From positions 1,056,001 to 1,120,000 of the forward strand of contig CAXXHO010000003.1 of NCBI GenBank assembly GCA_963667725.2: a DNA stretch of 64,000 nucleotides, given 5' to 3'. A program made the translations under genes and the position numbers. The notes under the pieces were generated by a model. The model did no database searches and had not been told where the DNA came from. It worked only from the letters and a program-made list of their open reading frames with translations. The stretch comes from Treponemataceae bacterium. Its GTDB lineage: Bacteria > Spirochaetota > Spirochaetia > Treponematales > Rectinemataceae. Positions 29,512 through 38,392 of the stretch are shown one piece after another (positions within the stretch are counted from its first letter, which is position 1; each line of letters starts with the position of its first letter).

Positions 29512-30012
29512 TCAATATTTGGATTGTGCCTGCTTTTCCGCCGCCGCCATCAACCGGCTCTTTGTCGGGTGTCTCGTCTTGACTTCGCCTAACTTCAAGG
29601 AGGCTTCGGAAGGTTTGATCGGCGCGGTTTCCGCGGAAGAAGGTGCCGAGAGGTATTCCGAAAGCATTTTGGATGTCGCCGGCGACAAGGAGCCGGAATC
29701 GGCCTGAGCGGACAGTTCGGGTATGCAGCGCAGATTTCTGAAAAGATGCGCGGCATCCACTTCGCATGGGGCGAAAATGAGAATTTTTACGTCGTGCAGG
29801 CTTTCCGAACAGAGCAGTTCGGCGGCGAGGAGTTCCCAATGGAAGGGGAAGTCCTTGAATCGGATGATAAGCAGGTCGGGATGTATTTCAGGCAGGTTGT
29901 CGGCGAGCTTCACCGGGTCCCTATAGCGGATTACCGAGTATTTCTGAAGACGCGAACGATGACTGACGGCGCGCGAAAAAGCATCGTCTTCCGCTAAAAT
30001 TACTGCAAGCAT
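29512..30012 (-). CDS. Hypothetical protein with a receiver-like N-terminal domain
   Basis: MLAVILAEDD...YRDPVKLADNLPEIHPD...DFPFHW; the start is chosen at ATG 30012. Confidence 0.6.
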   Translation of the reverse strand: MLAVILAEDDAFSRAVSHRSRLQKYSVIRYRDPVKLADNLPEIHPDLLIIRFKDFPFHWELLAAELLCSESLHDVKILIFAPCEVDAAHLFRNLRCIPELSAQADSGSLSPATSKMLSEYLSAPSSAETAPIKPSEASLKLGEVKTRHPTKSRLMAAAEKQAQSKY

Positions 30013-30122
30013 ACTGTGTTGATCGCCTCGCTTATGGAATAAAAAAAGACCGGAGACTATACTGAGCCCCAGTATCCGGATTGATCCCGGTTTCATGCTT
30101 TCGTCGAGAGGAAAAGAATACG

Positions 30123-33100
30123 ATGGACAGAAAAGAACCGCAAGTACTTATCGACAGAATATTCCGACACGAAGCATTCCGGACACTGGAGAGAAAAATA
30201 GAGATTGGGGAATACCCTGTCGATCTGGCCGAAGCGGAAAACTCTTTCATGGCTCTTGTCGTCGCGGCCATGAGAAAGAAAACGGGGAAATCTTTTTTCA
30301 TCGTTCTCCCATCGGATCGAGAAGTCGAGGATTTTTCGTCTGATTTGGCCTTTTTTGGCGTTCAGAGCCGGATATTGCCATGGTGGAACACGGCGGCGTA
30401 TAGGCCCGCGGCCGTACGTTCGCGCGCGTTCGGGGAGAGGGCTTCGATATTCGCCGATTTGTCGGGCAAGTATTCCGGCGTCATTATCGCCAGCCATCGC
30501 GCCTTCATAACGCCCGTGCCTCCCAAGGATTATTTTTCCAGGATGCTCATTCATCTGCGGCCCGGACAGGCTTTCCAGCCGGGGGCCGTGGCCGATCGAC
30601 TGGGAGAGTATGGCTACCTGAGAGTCCCCAGGGTTGCCCTCCCGGGGGAGTTCGCACAGCGAGGCGAGGTTCTGGATGTATTCATGCCCGGCGACGAGCA
30701 GGCGCTTCGCGTTCAGTTCAGCTACGACGCTATCGACAAGATTACCCGTTTCGATCCCAATTCGCAGTCGGGGTACGAGCGCATCGACGCATGCATCGTA
30801 CGACCGCTCAAGGAAATCGTCTGGGACAAGGCCATCGCGAGAATCGTTGCCGAGCAGGGGGAGAGCTATCCCGGTTGCCGCGGCAGGATGGGGGCCCTCG
30901 AGGAAGCCCTGGCAGAACAGGGCGAGTGGAAGGGCGAAGAAGTCTGGTACGGGACGGCTTTCGGGGAAATCCACTCAGTTTCCGAATACTTCCACGATTC
31001 CATGGTGTTTTTAGCGATCAACCGGGAGAGGCTCGACGCGCAGGAAGAATCGGCGCGGAAGGAATACGCGGGCATGTACCGGTCGGCGCTCAGGGATGAG
31101 CCTGTTCCCCCGCCCGAACGATGCGTCAATTCCTTCGATGCCGCGCTGGGTTCCACCAAAAGGGTTGTGCGCTCCTATGCGCTCAGGGATCAGAACCAGG
31201 GCGGCCGGCTGGCGATGGGGGGCGAACCCGCCAGGTCCTTTTTCGGCAACATCAAGTATTTCCGTGAGGATTTGGCCAATTTTGAGAAAATAAAGACGCA
31301 GTCGTACCTGACCGCTTCCTCCGATATTCAAGCCGACAGGATCGGGAGCCTCTTGAAGGAATCGACGGCGGCCATAATCATCGGCGAGCTGTCGGCGGGT
31401 TTTTCCATTCCCGCGCTCCATCTGCGCGTGGTTCAGGAGAACGAAGTTTTCGGCAGGCGCAAGCGGATACCCAAGAGTCTTTCGACGACGAAGAGTTCCA
31501 TCATCGACAGCTTTGTCGAGCTGGCGCCCGGCGACTATGTCGTCCACGTAAACTACGGCATAGGCCGGTTTGCCAGCATCGAGCGGATGCGCGTCCTGGG
31601 CAATGAGCGCGATTATATAAAGATCGAGTATGCCGACAGCGAAACGGTATTCGTGCCCATCGAGCAAGCCAATCTCGTGCAGCGCTATATCGGGAACGAG
31701 GGGGAAAGCCCCAGGCTGGACACGCTGGGTTCGAAATCCTGGGAAAACAGGAAAAAGCGCGTCCGCAAATCGGTGGAGGAGCTGGCGGAGCGCCTCATAC
31801 GCATCTACGCGCGCCGCAAGGCGGCCCGGGGCTACGCTTTCCCCAAGGACGGCGAGTGGCAGACCGAGTTCGAGGCGGCTTTTCCTTATCAGGAGACGAT
31901 CGACCAGCTCAAGTGCATCGAAGAGATCAAAAAGGACATGGAACTCGACAAGCCGATGGACAGGCTGGTCTGCGGCGATGTGGGCTACGGCAAAACCGAG
32001 GTTGCCCTACGAGCCTGCTTTAAGGCGATGATGTCGGGCAAACAAGTGGCTTTCCTCGCGCCCACGACGATTCTCGCGGAGCAGCACTATGAGAACTTCC
32101 TGGAGCGGCTCGAAGGCTATCCTATCCAGGTGGGCATCCTTTCGCGGCTCGTGGACAAGAAGCAGCAGAAGAAGACTATCCAGGGACTTCTGTCGGGAAG
32201 CATCGACATGGTCATAGGAACCCACAAGATCCTGCAGAAGGACGTGGCTTTCAAGGATCTGGGGCTTCTCGTCATCGACGAGGAGCAGCGTTTCGGGGTG
32301 AAGGACAAGGAAAGGCTCAAGGAAATGAAGGCCGGCATAGACTGTCTCACGCTGACCGCGACGCCCATACCCCGGACTCTGCATATGTCCATGCTGAAGA
32401 TCAGGGACATGTCCATCCTCCAGACGCCTCCCGCCGCGCGCCAGCCCATCCAGACCTATGTCGAGGAATTCAACCCGGAAGTTATAGCGCGCGCCATCAG
32501 GAACGAGATGGAGCGCGGCGGCCAGGTTTTCTACCTGCACAACAGGATAGAAAGTCTGCCTGAGGTGGAGCAGTTCATCCGGTCCATCGTGCCGGAAGCC
32601 CTGACTGAATCGGCCCATGGACAGATGGATTCGGGCGAGCTGGAAGACATCATGCACCGCTTTATCCACGGCGCCTTCCATGTCCTCGTCTCCACGTCGA
32701 TCATCGAGAACGGCATAGATATTCCCAACGTCAATACGATCATCATCGATAGGGCCGATTTCTACGGCATCTCCCAGCTCTATCAGCTCAGGGGCAGGGT
32801 GGGCCGTTCGGACCGGCAGGCTTTCGCCTATCTTCTCTATCCCGACAAGCGGGCCTTGAGCGAAATCGCCATGAAGCGCCTGCAGATCATATCGGACTTC
32901 ACCGAACTGGGATCCGGATTCAAGATCGCCATGAAAGATCTGGAAGTGAGAGGAGCGGGGAACCTCCTGGGGCGCGAGCAATCGGGAGATATCTTCGCCG
33001 TGGGATTCGACATGTACCTGAAACTGCTCGATGACGCCATAAACGCTCTCTCCGGAGCGCCCCAGGAAGAAGAAGAGCCCTACCTCGAGCTGGAGTATTC

Positions 33101-33512
33101 AGGCTATATCCCCGATACCTATATTTCCATGCCGATGATCAAGATGGAAATCTACAAGAAAATCGCTTCGATTTACAAACAGGGCGAGCTGGACGCTCTG
33201 CAGGAAGAACTCGAGAGCCGCTTCGGCCCGATGCCCGAGGAGCTTCAATCCCTGCTTTCCCTGGCCGAGATAAGGATTCTTTGCCGAAAGCTCTCCGTTT
33301 CGACCTTGAAAGAGCGCGGGGGGAGGGTGATCGTGGAATTTTCGAAGGTATCGAAGATCTCGGTCGAAAGGCTTCTGCGCCTCATGCGCGAATCGAACGG
33401 CCGAGTGAAGCTCGACCCCGGAAAACCCAATGCCATCATTCTTCAGACAAAAGCCATCGGACTTCGGGAGAAAAGCGAATTCATACGCGAACGCCTCGCT
33501 TCGCTTGCCTGA
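30123..33512 (+). CDS. mfd: Transcription-repair coupling factor
   Basis: GDYVVHVNYGIG, CGDVGYGKT, DEEQRFG, TATPIPRT, QLRGRVGR, TRCF C-terminal domain. Confidence 0.97.
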   Translation: MDRKEPQVLIDRIFRHEAFRTLERKIEIGEYPVDLAEAENSFMALVVAAMRKKTGKSFFIVLPSDREVEDFSSDLAFFGVQSRILPWWNTAAYRPAAVRSRAFGERASIFADLSGKYSGVIIASHRAFITPVPPKDYFSRMLIHLRPGQAFQPGAVADRLGEYGYLRVPRVALPGEFAQRGEVLDVFMPGDEQALRVQFSYDAIDKITRFDPNSQSGYERIDACIVRPLKEIVWDKAIARIVAEQGESYPGCRGRMGALEEALAEQGEWKGEEVWYGTAFGEIHSVSEYFHDSMVFLAINRERLDAQEESARKEYAGMYRSALRDEPVPPPERCVNSFDAALGSTKRVVRSYALRDQNQGGRLAMGGEPARSFFGNIKYFREDLANFEKIKTQSYLTASSDIQADRIGSLLKESTAAIIIGELSAGFSIPALHLRVVQENEVFGRRKRIPKSLSTTKSSIIDSFVELAPGDYVVHVNYGIGRFASIERMRVLGNERDYIKIEYADSETVFVPIEQANLVQRYIGNEGESPRLDTLGSKSWENRKKRVRKSVEELAERLIRIYARRKAARGYAFPKDGEWQTEFEAAFPYQETIDQLKCIEEIKKDMELDKPMDRLVCGDVGYGKTEVALRACFKAMMSGKQVAFLAPTTILAEQHYENFLERLEGYPIQVGILSRLVDKKQQKKTIQGLLSGSIDMVIGTHKILQKDVAFKDLGLLVIDEEQRFGVKDKERLKEMKAGIDCLTLTATPIPRTLHMSMLKIRDMSILQTPPAARQPIQTYVEEFNPEVIARAIRNEMERGGQVFYLHNRIESLPEVEQFIRSIVPEALTESAHGQMDSGELEDIMHRFIHGAFHVLVSTSIIENGIDIPNVNTIIIDRADFYGISQLYQLRGRVGRSDRQAFAYLLYPDKRALSEIAMKRLQIISDFTELGSGFKIAMKDLEVRGAGNLLGREQSGDIFAVGFDMYLKLLDDAINALSGAPQEEEEPYLELEYSGYIPDTYISMPMIKMEIYKKIASIYKQGELDALQEELESRFGPMPEELQSLLSLAEIRILCRKLSVSTLKERGGRVIVEFSKVSKISVERLLRLMRESNGRVKLDPGKPNAIILQTKAIGLREKSEFIRERLASLA

Positions 33513-33527
33513 CCGGCTCGCGTTCTT

Positions 33528-34301
33528 TCAGCGGGTGTTTTTCGGCTTGAGGCCAGCTCTTTGCCCGAAAAGAAAGACGGCGGGGATCTTGCCGATTTTA
33601 GGAAGGGGAGCCGCCCTCCACTGGGCGCCGGGTTTGCTCAGTATGCTTTCCGCCGAACCACATAGACCCGAGGCTACACAGAGCCATAGATCGTCCGGAA
33701 CAAGGCTGGCCAGATCGGCAAGCAGCGCGTCGTTCCTGTAGGGCGTCTCGATGAATATTCTCGTCATCCCATCGCTCCGCAAGTCCTTGAGCAACCGCAG
33801 AACCGCCGAGCGCCGCGCGCTCTTTTCCTGGGGAAGGTAACCCAGGAAAGCAAAACGCTGCGCGTCGATCCCGGAGGCGGTGAGCGCGAGAATGATGGAG
33901 GAGGGGCCGGAGACTGGCAGGATCGGTATTCCTCTGGAATGAGCGAAGGAAACGAGGGCAGCTCCCGGATCGGCGATGCAGGGCATTCCCGCCTCGGTGA
34001 AGAATCCGCAGTCGCGGCCGTCGAGCGCTTCCGCGAGGAGGCCGGGAATATCTGACTCGCTGCTGTGTTCGTCCAGAATTTTCATGGAAAGCTTTTCCAT
34101 CGACTCCTTATCCTTAAGCCTCGAAAGAAGCCGAAGCGCGGTGCGTTCCGATTCCACGATAAAGAAATCCAGCGAGCCGAGAAGGCGTAGGGCCTCGGCT
34201 GGCAGTGACTGCGCGAGTTTGACGGGAGCCCAGCTTTCCGCTTCATAGGGCTGAAGGGGAGCGGGGAGGAGATAGAGTTTCCCTGGTGTTTTTCTGCTCA
34301 T
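33528..34301 (-). CDS. RsmI-like tetrapyrrole-family SAM-dependent methyltransferase
   Basis: GKLYLLP, EAGMPCIADPG, GPSSIILAL, FLGYLP, FIETPYRN. Confidence 0.88.
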   Translation of the reverse strand: MSRKTPGKLYLLPAPLQPYEAESWAPVKLAQSLPAEALRLLGSLDFFIVESERTALRLLSRLKDKESMEKLSMKILDEHSSESDIPGLLAEALDGRDCGFFTEAGMPCIADPGAALVSFAHSRGIPILPVSGPSSIILALTASGIDAQRFAFLGYLPQEKSARRSAVLRLLKDLRSDGMTRIFIETPYRNDALLADLASLVPDDLWLCVASGLCGSAESILSKPGAQWRAAPLPKIGKIPAVFLFGQRAGLKPKNTR

Positions 34302-35125
34302 GAGAACAGCCTTTCAAAAGCTTCCTCGAGCAGCGACAGGAATAGGCGGCGGTCGAACCAGTCCTGGCTTTCAAAGGCGCTCATGTAATCATCGATGATG
34401 GCTTGTACTTCCTTGGACGCCGAAGAAGTCTTTTTACCCGCGATGGACATTTCCCTATCCTTCAGGCGGAATGCCTGAACGCCGGCGAATGCGAGTCTGA
34501 AATCCTCAATCTTTCCTCGCTCGATATTGGCTATACAGACAAAGGATGCCGTTTCACGACCTGGGAATTGCCCGAGACCAAGCTTTCGGTGGAATATGAA
34601 GTTATACGAATATAGGGGAATTCTTACTCTGGAGAGCAGCGCTATCCGCGGGAAACTCGGCTTTCCGTCCTCGCCGCATAAATGCGATACGCTGGCCCAA
34701 CGGGTTCCCGAAGGAGTCTTGAGTTCCACCTGCGCGTCCATGCAGGCCAAATAAGGCCACAGATCCATGAAACGGGAACGGCAGCAGAGGTTGCCCCCAA
34801 TCGTCGCGACATTCCGGATGGCATGATTGGCGATGGAATCGATTATTTCGGGGAGGGGGTCGGGGAGCGTACCTGGAGTAAGCGACAACAGGCCGGTGAG
34901 GGTCGTGCAGCAGCCCAGTTCGATGAATTGTTCCGTACGGATGGTTTTCCTTAGTTCCTGAACTTTGGCTATGGACGCTACCTGAGCGGGAAATTCAAGG
35001 GCTCGCGTCGTCTGCGATCCGACGATTTCAGTCCCGCCGGCCAGAATCTGGATTTCGGGATTGGCGCGAATGAGCGTGAGAATCTCAGCCGTCGAAGTTG
35101 GGTAGTATGGCTCACTTATCCGCAC
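34298..35125 (-). CDS. Xanthine dehydrogenase-family FAD-binding subunit
   Basis: LAGGTE and IRNVATIGGNL. Confidence 0.85.
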   Translation of the reverse strand: MRISEPYYPTSTAEILTLIRANPEIQILAGGTEIVGSQTTRALEFPAQVASIAKVQELRKTIRTEQFIELGCCTTLTGLLSLTPGTLPDPLPEIIDSIANHAIRNVATIGGNLCCRSRFMDLWPYLACMDAQVELKTPSGTRWASVSHLCGEDGKPSFPRIALLSRVRIPLYSYNFIFHRKLGLGQFPGRETASFVCIANIERGKIEDFRLAFAGVQAFRLKDREMSIAGKKTSSASKEVQAIIDDYMSAFESQDWFDRRLFLSLLEEAFERLFS

Positions 35126-35600
35126 GATTGAATTTCCTTTTATTGCGCATTTCCGCAGCCATGCCTACCGCTTTTACGAGCGAGACCGGATCCGTGCAGG
35201 AGCAGGCAACCATGTCCAGCTGTTTCAGAATTTCTTTCTCTTCGGGAAGCGGGCTGCGTCCAAGGAGGTCGAGAATGGCCATGATCTTCCCTGTTCTGCA
35301 GAAAGCGCAGGGAAGCGCCTCGGCTTTCTCCATAGCCAGGATGATCTCCTTGACGTCGGGCATATCCTTGAACGCCTCATAGCTCTGTATGGTGGATCCT
35401 TTCGCCTTGAAGGCGGGGACGAGACAGGAAAGAACGAGGCGTCCGTCCATAAATATGAAGCAGCGGCCGCACTTGCCCGAAAGGCAGTCGGGAAGAAGGC
35501 TGGAAAGGGAAAGCTCGTCGCGCAGGACATCGACGAGTCGATCGCCGCTTCGCGCCTGGAGATGTTTCGGTTCGCCGTTCACATTCAGGTCTATGATCAT
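35112..35600 (-). CDS. Xanthine dehydrogenase-family 2Fe-2S subunit
   Basis: LNVNG, LVDVLRD, CLSGKCGRC, SCL, CAFC, CSC. Confidence 0.88.
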   Translation of the reverse strand: MIIDLNVNGEPKHLQARSGDRLVDVLRDELSLSSLLPDCLSGKCGRCFIFMDGRLVLSCLVPAFKAKGSTIQSYEAFKDMPDVKEIILAMEKAEALPCAFCRTGKIMAILDLLGRSPLPEEKEILKQLDMVACSCTDPVSLVKAVGMAAEMRNKRKFNRADK

Positions 35601-37684
35601 GTGGTCTCCAGGAGCTTTAGAATTTCGCTCCCCTGAAGGGGCAGCTGGCGAGGCTCCACGCCGAGCGCTTGGGTCAGGGCACTGTAGAAAGCGGCCGGCA
35701 CGGTGATGAAAGGCAGTTCACCCAATCCGCGCGCCACGCTAGTCTTTTCTGATTCAATAAATTCTATGCCGATGGTTGGAAGATCCAGAAGACTCAGGTT
35801 CCGATCGCGAAGATATTCCTCGCTCTCTATGCCTTCAGGATTGAAGTCTGCTCCCGTGCATAGGTTGAGAGCGGCTATTATTGAAGAACGGAGTGAGGAA
35901 AGCGCCTTCTCCTTGGAGACGATCCTGCCGGCGTCGACGACCATCCAGACCGCGAGAGGCTTCGGCTCGCCGCTGATCGTGTCGATTTCGACCTCAACGG
36001 CCGTGCCGCACCATGAAGCCGAATCCAGGAAAATATTTCCCTGCGCCGGACTCTTGTCGAGGCCAGGGTTTTTAGGCGAGCGCGTCTGTACCTTCGCGAC
36101 GATGGGCAGGCTTTCCCTGAAACGCTTTTTCTGGATTGCCTTGCAGGTTCTTTCGATCAGCTTGTTTACCGTTGAAGCGCCGCGCGACAAGGTTAATGGA
36201 CCGCAGGGATTCGTCCTGTCCGTATCGGGGGGAGAAAAATGTATGGTCTCGGGCGGAATCGAGAGGAGGGCTGAGGCTGTCGTCTTCCACATCGCCTTGA
36301 GGCTTTCCGAGCCGATGGACGCCTGAGTGTTAATGATGAGATCCAGGTCCCTGTCGAGGGTTGTTTCGACCGAATAGGCATTCATCGAGGGTTGATTGGA
36401 AAAAGTCTGTCCGGTTTGATAGCCCACCGTGAGGGCGATGCCGCGGACGATGCCTTCCCGGCATCCAGGATCCCTTTTTTTAACAAGTTCGTAGCTGGCG
36501 TACTTTCGTCGATAATCTGAAATCTTTTCTAGCTTCTTGTGAATTTTCGCGAAGGGGATCTCATAGTCGAGAGGTTTGCTTCCGAAGTTGGATGAACCTT
36601 TAGCGAGCATATTCAGCGTTTTAATCTCGGCGGGAGTCTTGCCTAATGTTTTCGCGAGATGATTCAGGTGCGATTCGATGGAGAAAAAGGCATGCGTCGC
36701 GCCGATGCTCCCCATGGCGCCTAGAGGAATGATGTTGCTCTTGATGGCATAAGCTTCGAGCCGTATCGAAGGGCAGGCGTAGATGCCTGTGATTGCGGCG
36801 GCGGCTTGGTGGACAAGTTCCCGCGCCAGGGGATTGTAGATGCCGATATTGATGATGATCTTGATGTCGAGGGCCTGAAGCTTGCCCTGTTCATTGGTGG
36901 CCGATTTTATCGTAACAGCGCTCCGAGCCTGTTTGGGGGTGCGAAGGAAATCTTCCTTTCGTGTATACAGCAGCTTTACGGGCTTTTTGCAGACCTTGGC
37001 CGCTATGGCTGCCTGGCAGGCCACGATTGAGGGGAACCATAGGCGGCCGTCGAGCGATCTGCCCAAATCGGTAGGCCGCACGACGATGTCCGTTTCAGGC
37101 ACTCGCATGATGGCGGCCACGGATCTTCTCACGTCAGAAGGCCACTGCGAGGCGCAGTAAATGGCCATCTTGTCATATTCCCAGTTGGCGATGGCTCCCA
37201 TGGGTTCGCTGTAATGGTGATCGAAAATTCCGTTCCGGTAGACCGCGCGCTCTATATGTTGGCTTTTTTCAAAAGCTAGGTCGATATCCCCATAGTCGAT
37301 CGCGTATTTATAGCCGATCTGCGAGGAAGAGAAGCTTTCCCATTCCAGCTGGGGTTCTTCCTCTTCGTATTCGACTGCCACGGATCCAGCGAGTTCGTCG
37401 CATATCGCCGCGTCCGGTCCCGTGATCAATCCGAGAGCCTCGCCTTTGTAGGAAACGGTCTTTTCGGCGAAGAGGTAAAAGTCATCGCCAAAGATTAGAG
37501 GTATGTCTTCCTCCATGATATCCGAGGCGATGAGGCAGCGATATCCTGCGGGAAGCTTAGGCCGGGTAATCTTGAAATTTTTTGCCCTGACGACGGTGGA
37601 ACGAATCGTGGAAGCGTACAGCATGCCCGGGAACTGCATGGAGCTGAGGAGGGGCAATGCTTCGGAAGCGTTCTTTTCCGTCAA
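35597..37684 (-). CDS. Xanthine dehydrogenase-family molybdopterin-binding subunit (divergent)
   Basis: PGMLYA..IRS, VSYKGE, HHYSEP, ASQ, KPVKLLYTRKED, AVEVEID, RGLGE. Confidence 0.85.
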   Translation of the reverse strand: MTEKNASEALPLLSSMQFPGMLYASTIRSTVVRAKNFKITRPKLPAGYRCLIASDIMEEDIPLIFGDDFYLFAEKTVSYKGEALGLITGPDAAICDELAGSVAVEYEEEEPQLEWESFSSSQIGYKYAIDYGDIDLAFEKSQHIERAVYRNGIFDHHYSEPMGAIANWEYDKMAIYCASQWPSDVRRSVAAIMRVPETDIVVRPTDLGRSLDGRLWFPSIVACQAAIAAKVCKKPVKLLYTRKEDFLRTPKQARSAVTIKSATNEQGKLQALDIKIIINIGIYNPLARELVHQAAAAITGIYACPSIRLEAYAIKSNIIPLGAMGSIGATHAFFSIESHLNHLAKTLGKTPAEIKTLNMLAKGSSNFGSKPLDYEIPFAKIHKKLEKISDYRRKYASYELVKKRDPGCREGIVRGIALTVGYQTGQTFSNQPSMNAYSVETTLDRDLDLIINTQASIGSESLKAMWKTTASALLSIPPETIHFSPPDTDRTNPCGPLTLSRGASTVNKLIERTCKAIQKKRFRESLPIVAKVQTRSPKNPGLDKSPAQGNIFLDSASWCGTAVEVEIDTISGEPKPLAVWMVVDAGRIVSKEKALSSLRSSIIAALNLCTGADFNPEGIESEEYLRDRNLSLLDLPTIGIEFIESEKTSVARGLGELPFITVPAAFYSALTQALGVEPRQLPLQGSEILKLLETT

Positions 37685-38256
37685 TGGCCCGCCTCCTCGG
37701 CCATTTCCTTCGCAGCATTCTTTGCCGTATCCTCGGCTTTATCCTTGACCGCTTCCAGGATTTCGAAACCGAGGTCGAACGTTATGGGCGAATCGGTCAT
37801 CTCGAACTTGATCTTGGCTCTTCGTTTTCTCTTATCAACCTTGATGATACGGCCTTCCAGCCCCATCATCGGTCCCTGGATCACCTTTATGCGGTTGTTT
37901 TCATCGAAAGATACGAGCGAGGAGCCAATCTCCCTGCCGAAGGAGAGAAGGTGGCGTATGATCTCCGAATCCCTGTCGCTCAAGGGCTTGATGCCGTCGG
38001 TGGCCGGCAGTACGCGCGCGAAGTGTCTCGTGCGCCTGAAAATCCTAATGAGTTCGGCGGAAGGTTTGTCCTCAGGGTACTGAAAAAAGACATATCCCGG
38101 GAAAAGACAGTTCATGAGAAAAACAACCTTGCCTCTTCGTCTGGATTTGAGCTTTTTTTTGATGTTGTAAAGCGGCTGATCGGGTCGGGTTTTTGAGAAA
38201 AGTTCAATAAAGTCATCTTCCCTGCCGGTCATCACCTGGATAACAAAAAAATTCAT
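37681..38256 (-). CDS. loaP: LoaP-type NusG-paralog antiterminator
   Basis: NGN domain (VIQVMTGRE, LFPGYVF) and KOW domain GPMMGLEGRIIKVDKRKRRAK. Confidence 0.85.
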   Translation of the reverse strand: MNFFVIQVMTGREDDFIELFSKTRPDQPLYNIKKKLKSRRRGKVVFLMNCLFPGYVFFQYPEDKPSAELIRIFRRTRHFARVLPATDGIKPLSDRDSEIIRHLLSFGREIGSSLVSFDENNRIKVIQGPMMGLEGRIIKVDKRKRRAKIKFEMTDSPITFDLGFEILEAVKDKAEDTAKNAAKEMAEEAGH

Positions 38257-38392
38257 GGTCTGCCTTTGAGTAGCATTCTATACAGGCGCACATTGTAGGA
38301 TGGAACAGCCGATTTTGCAATGCGAAGCTCTAGGAAGCTATAGACAGCCGCAACCTTTGACAAGAACTGAAGGGCCATACTATCATTCCTCC

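Noticed and set aside
38300..38392. N-terminal extension of ligA in the ORF track (likewise secA 63835-63930, mfd, obgE, IclR)
   Set aside because: The extensions overlap promoter-like or RBS sequence, and family homology begins at the downstream starts.
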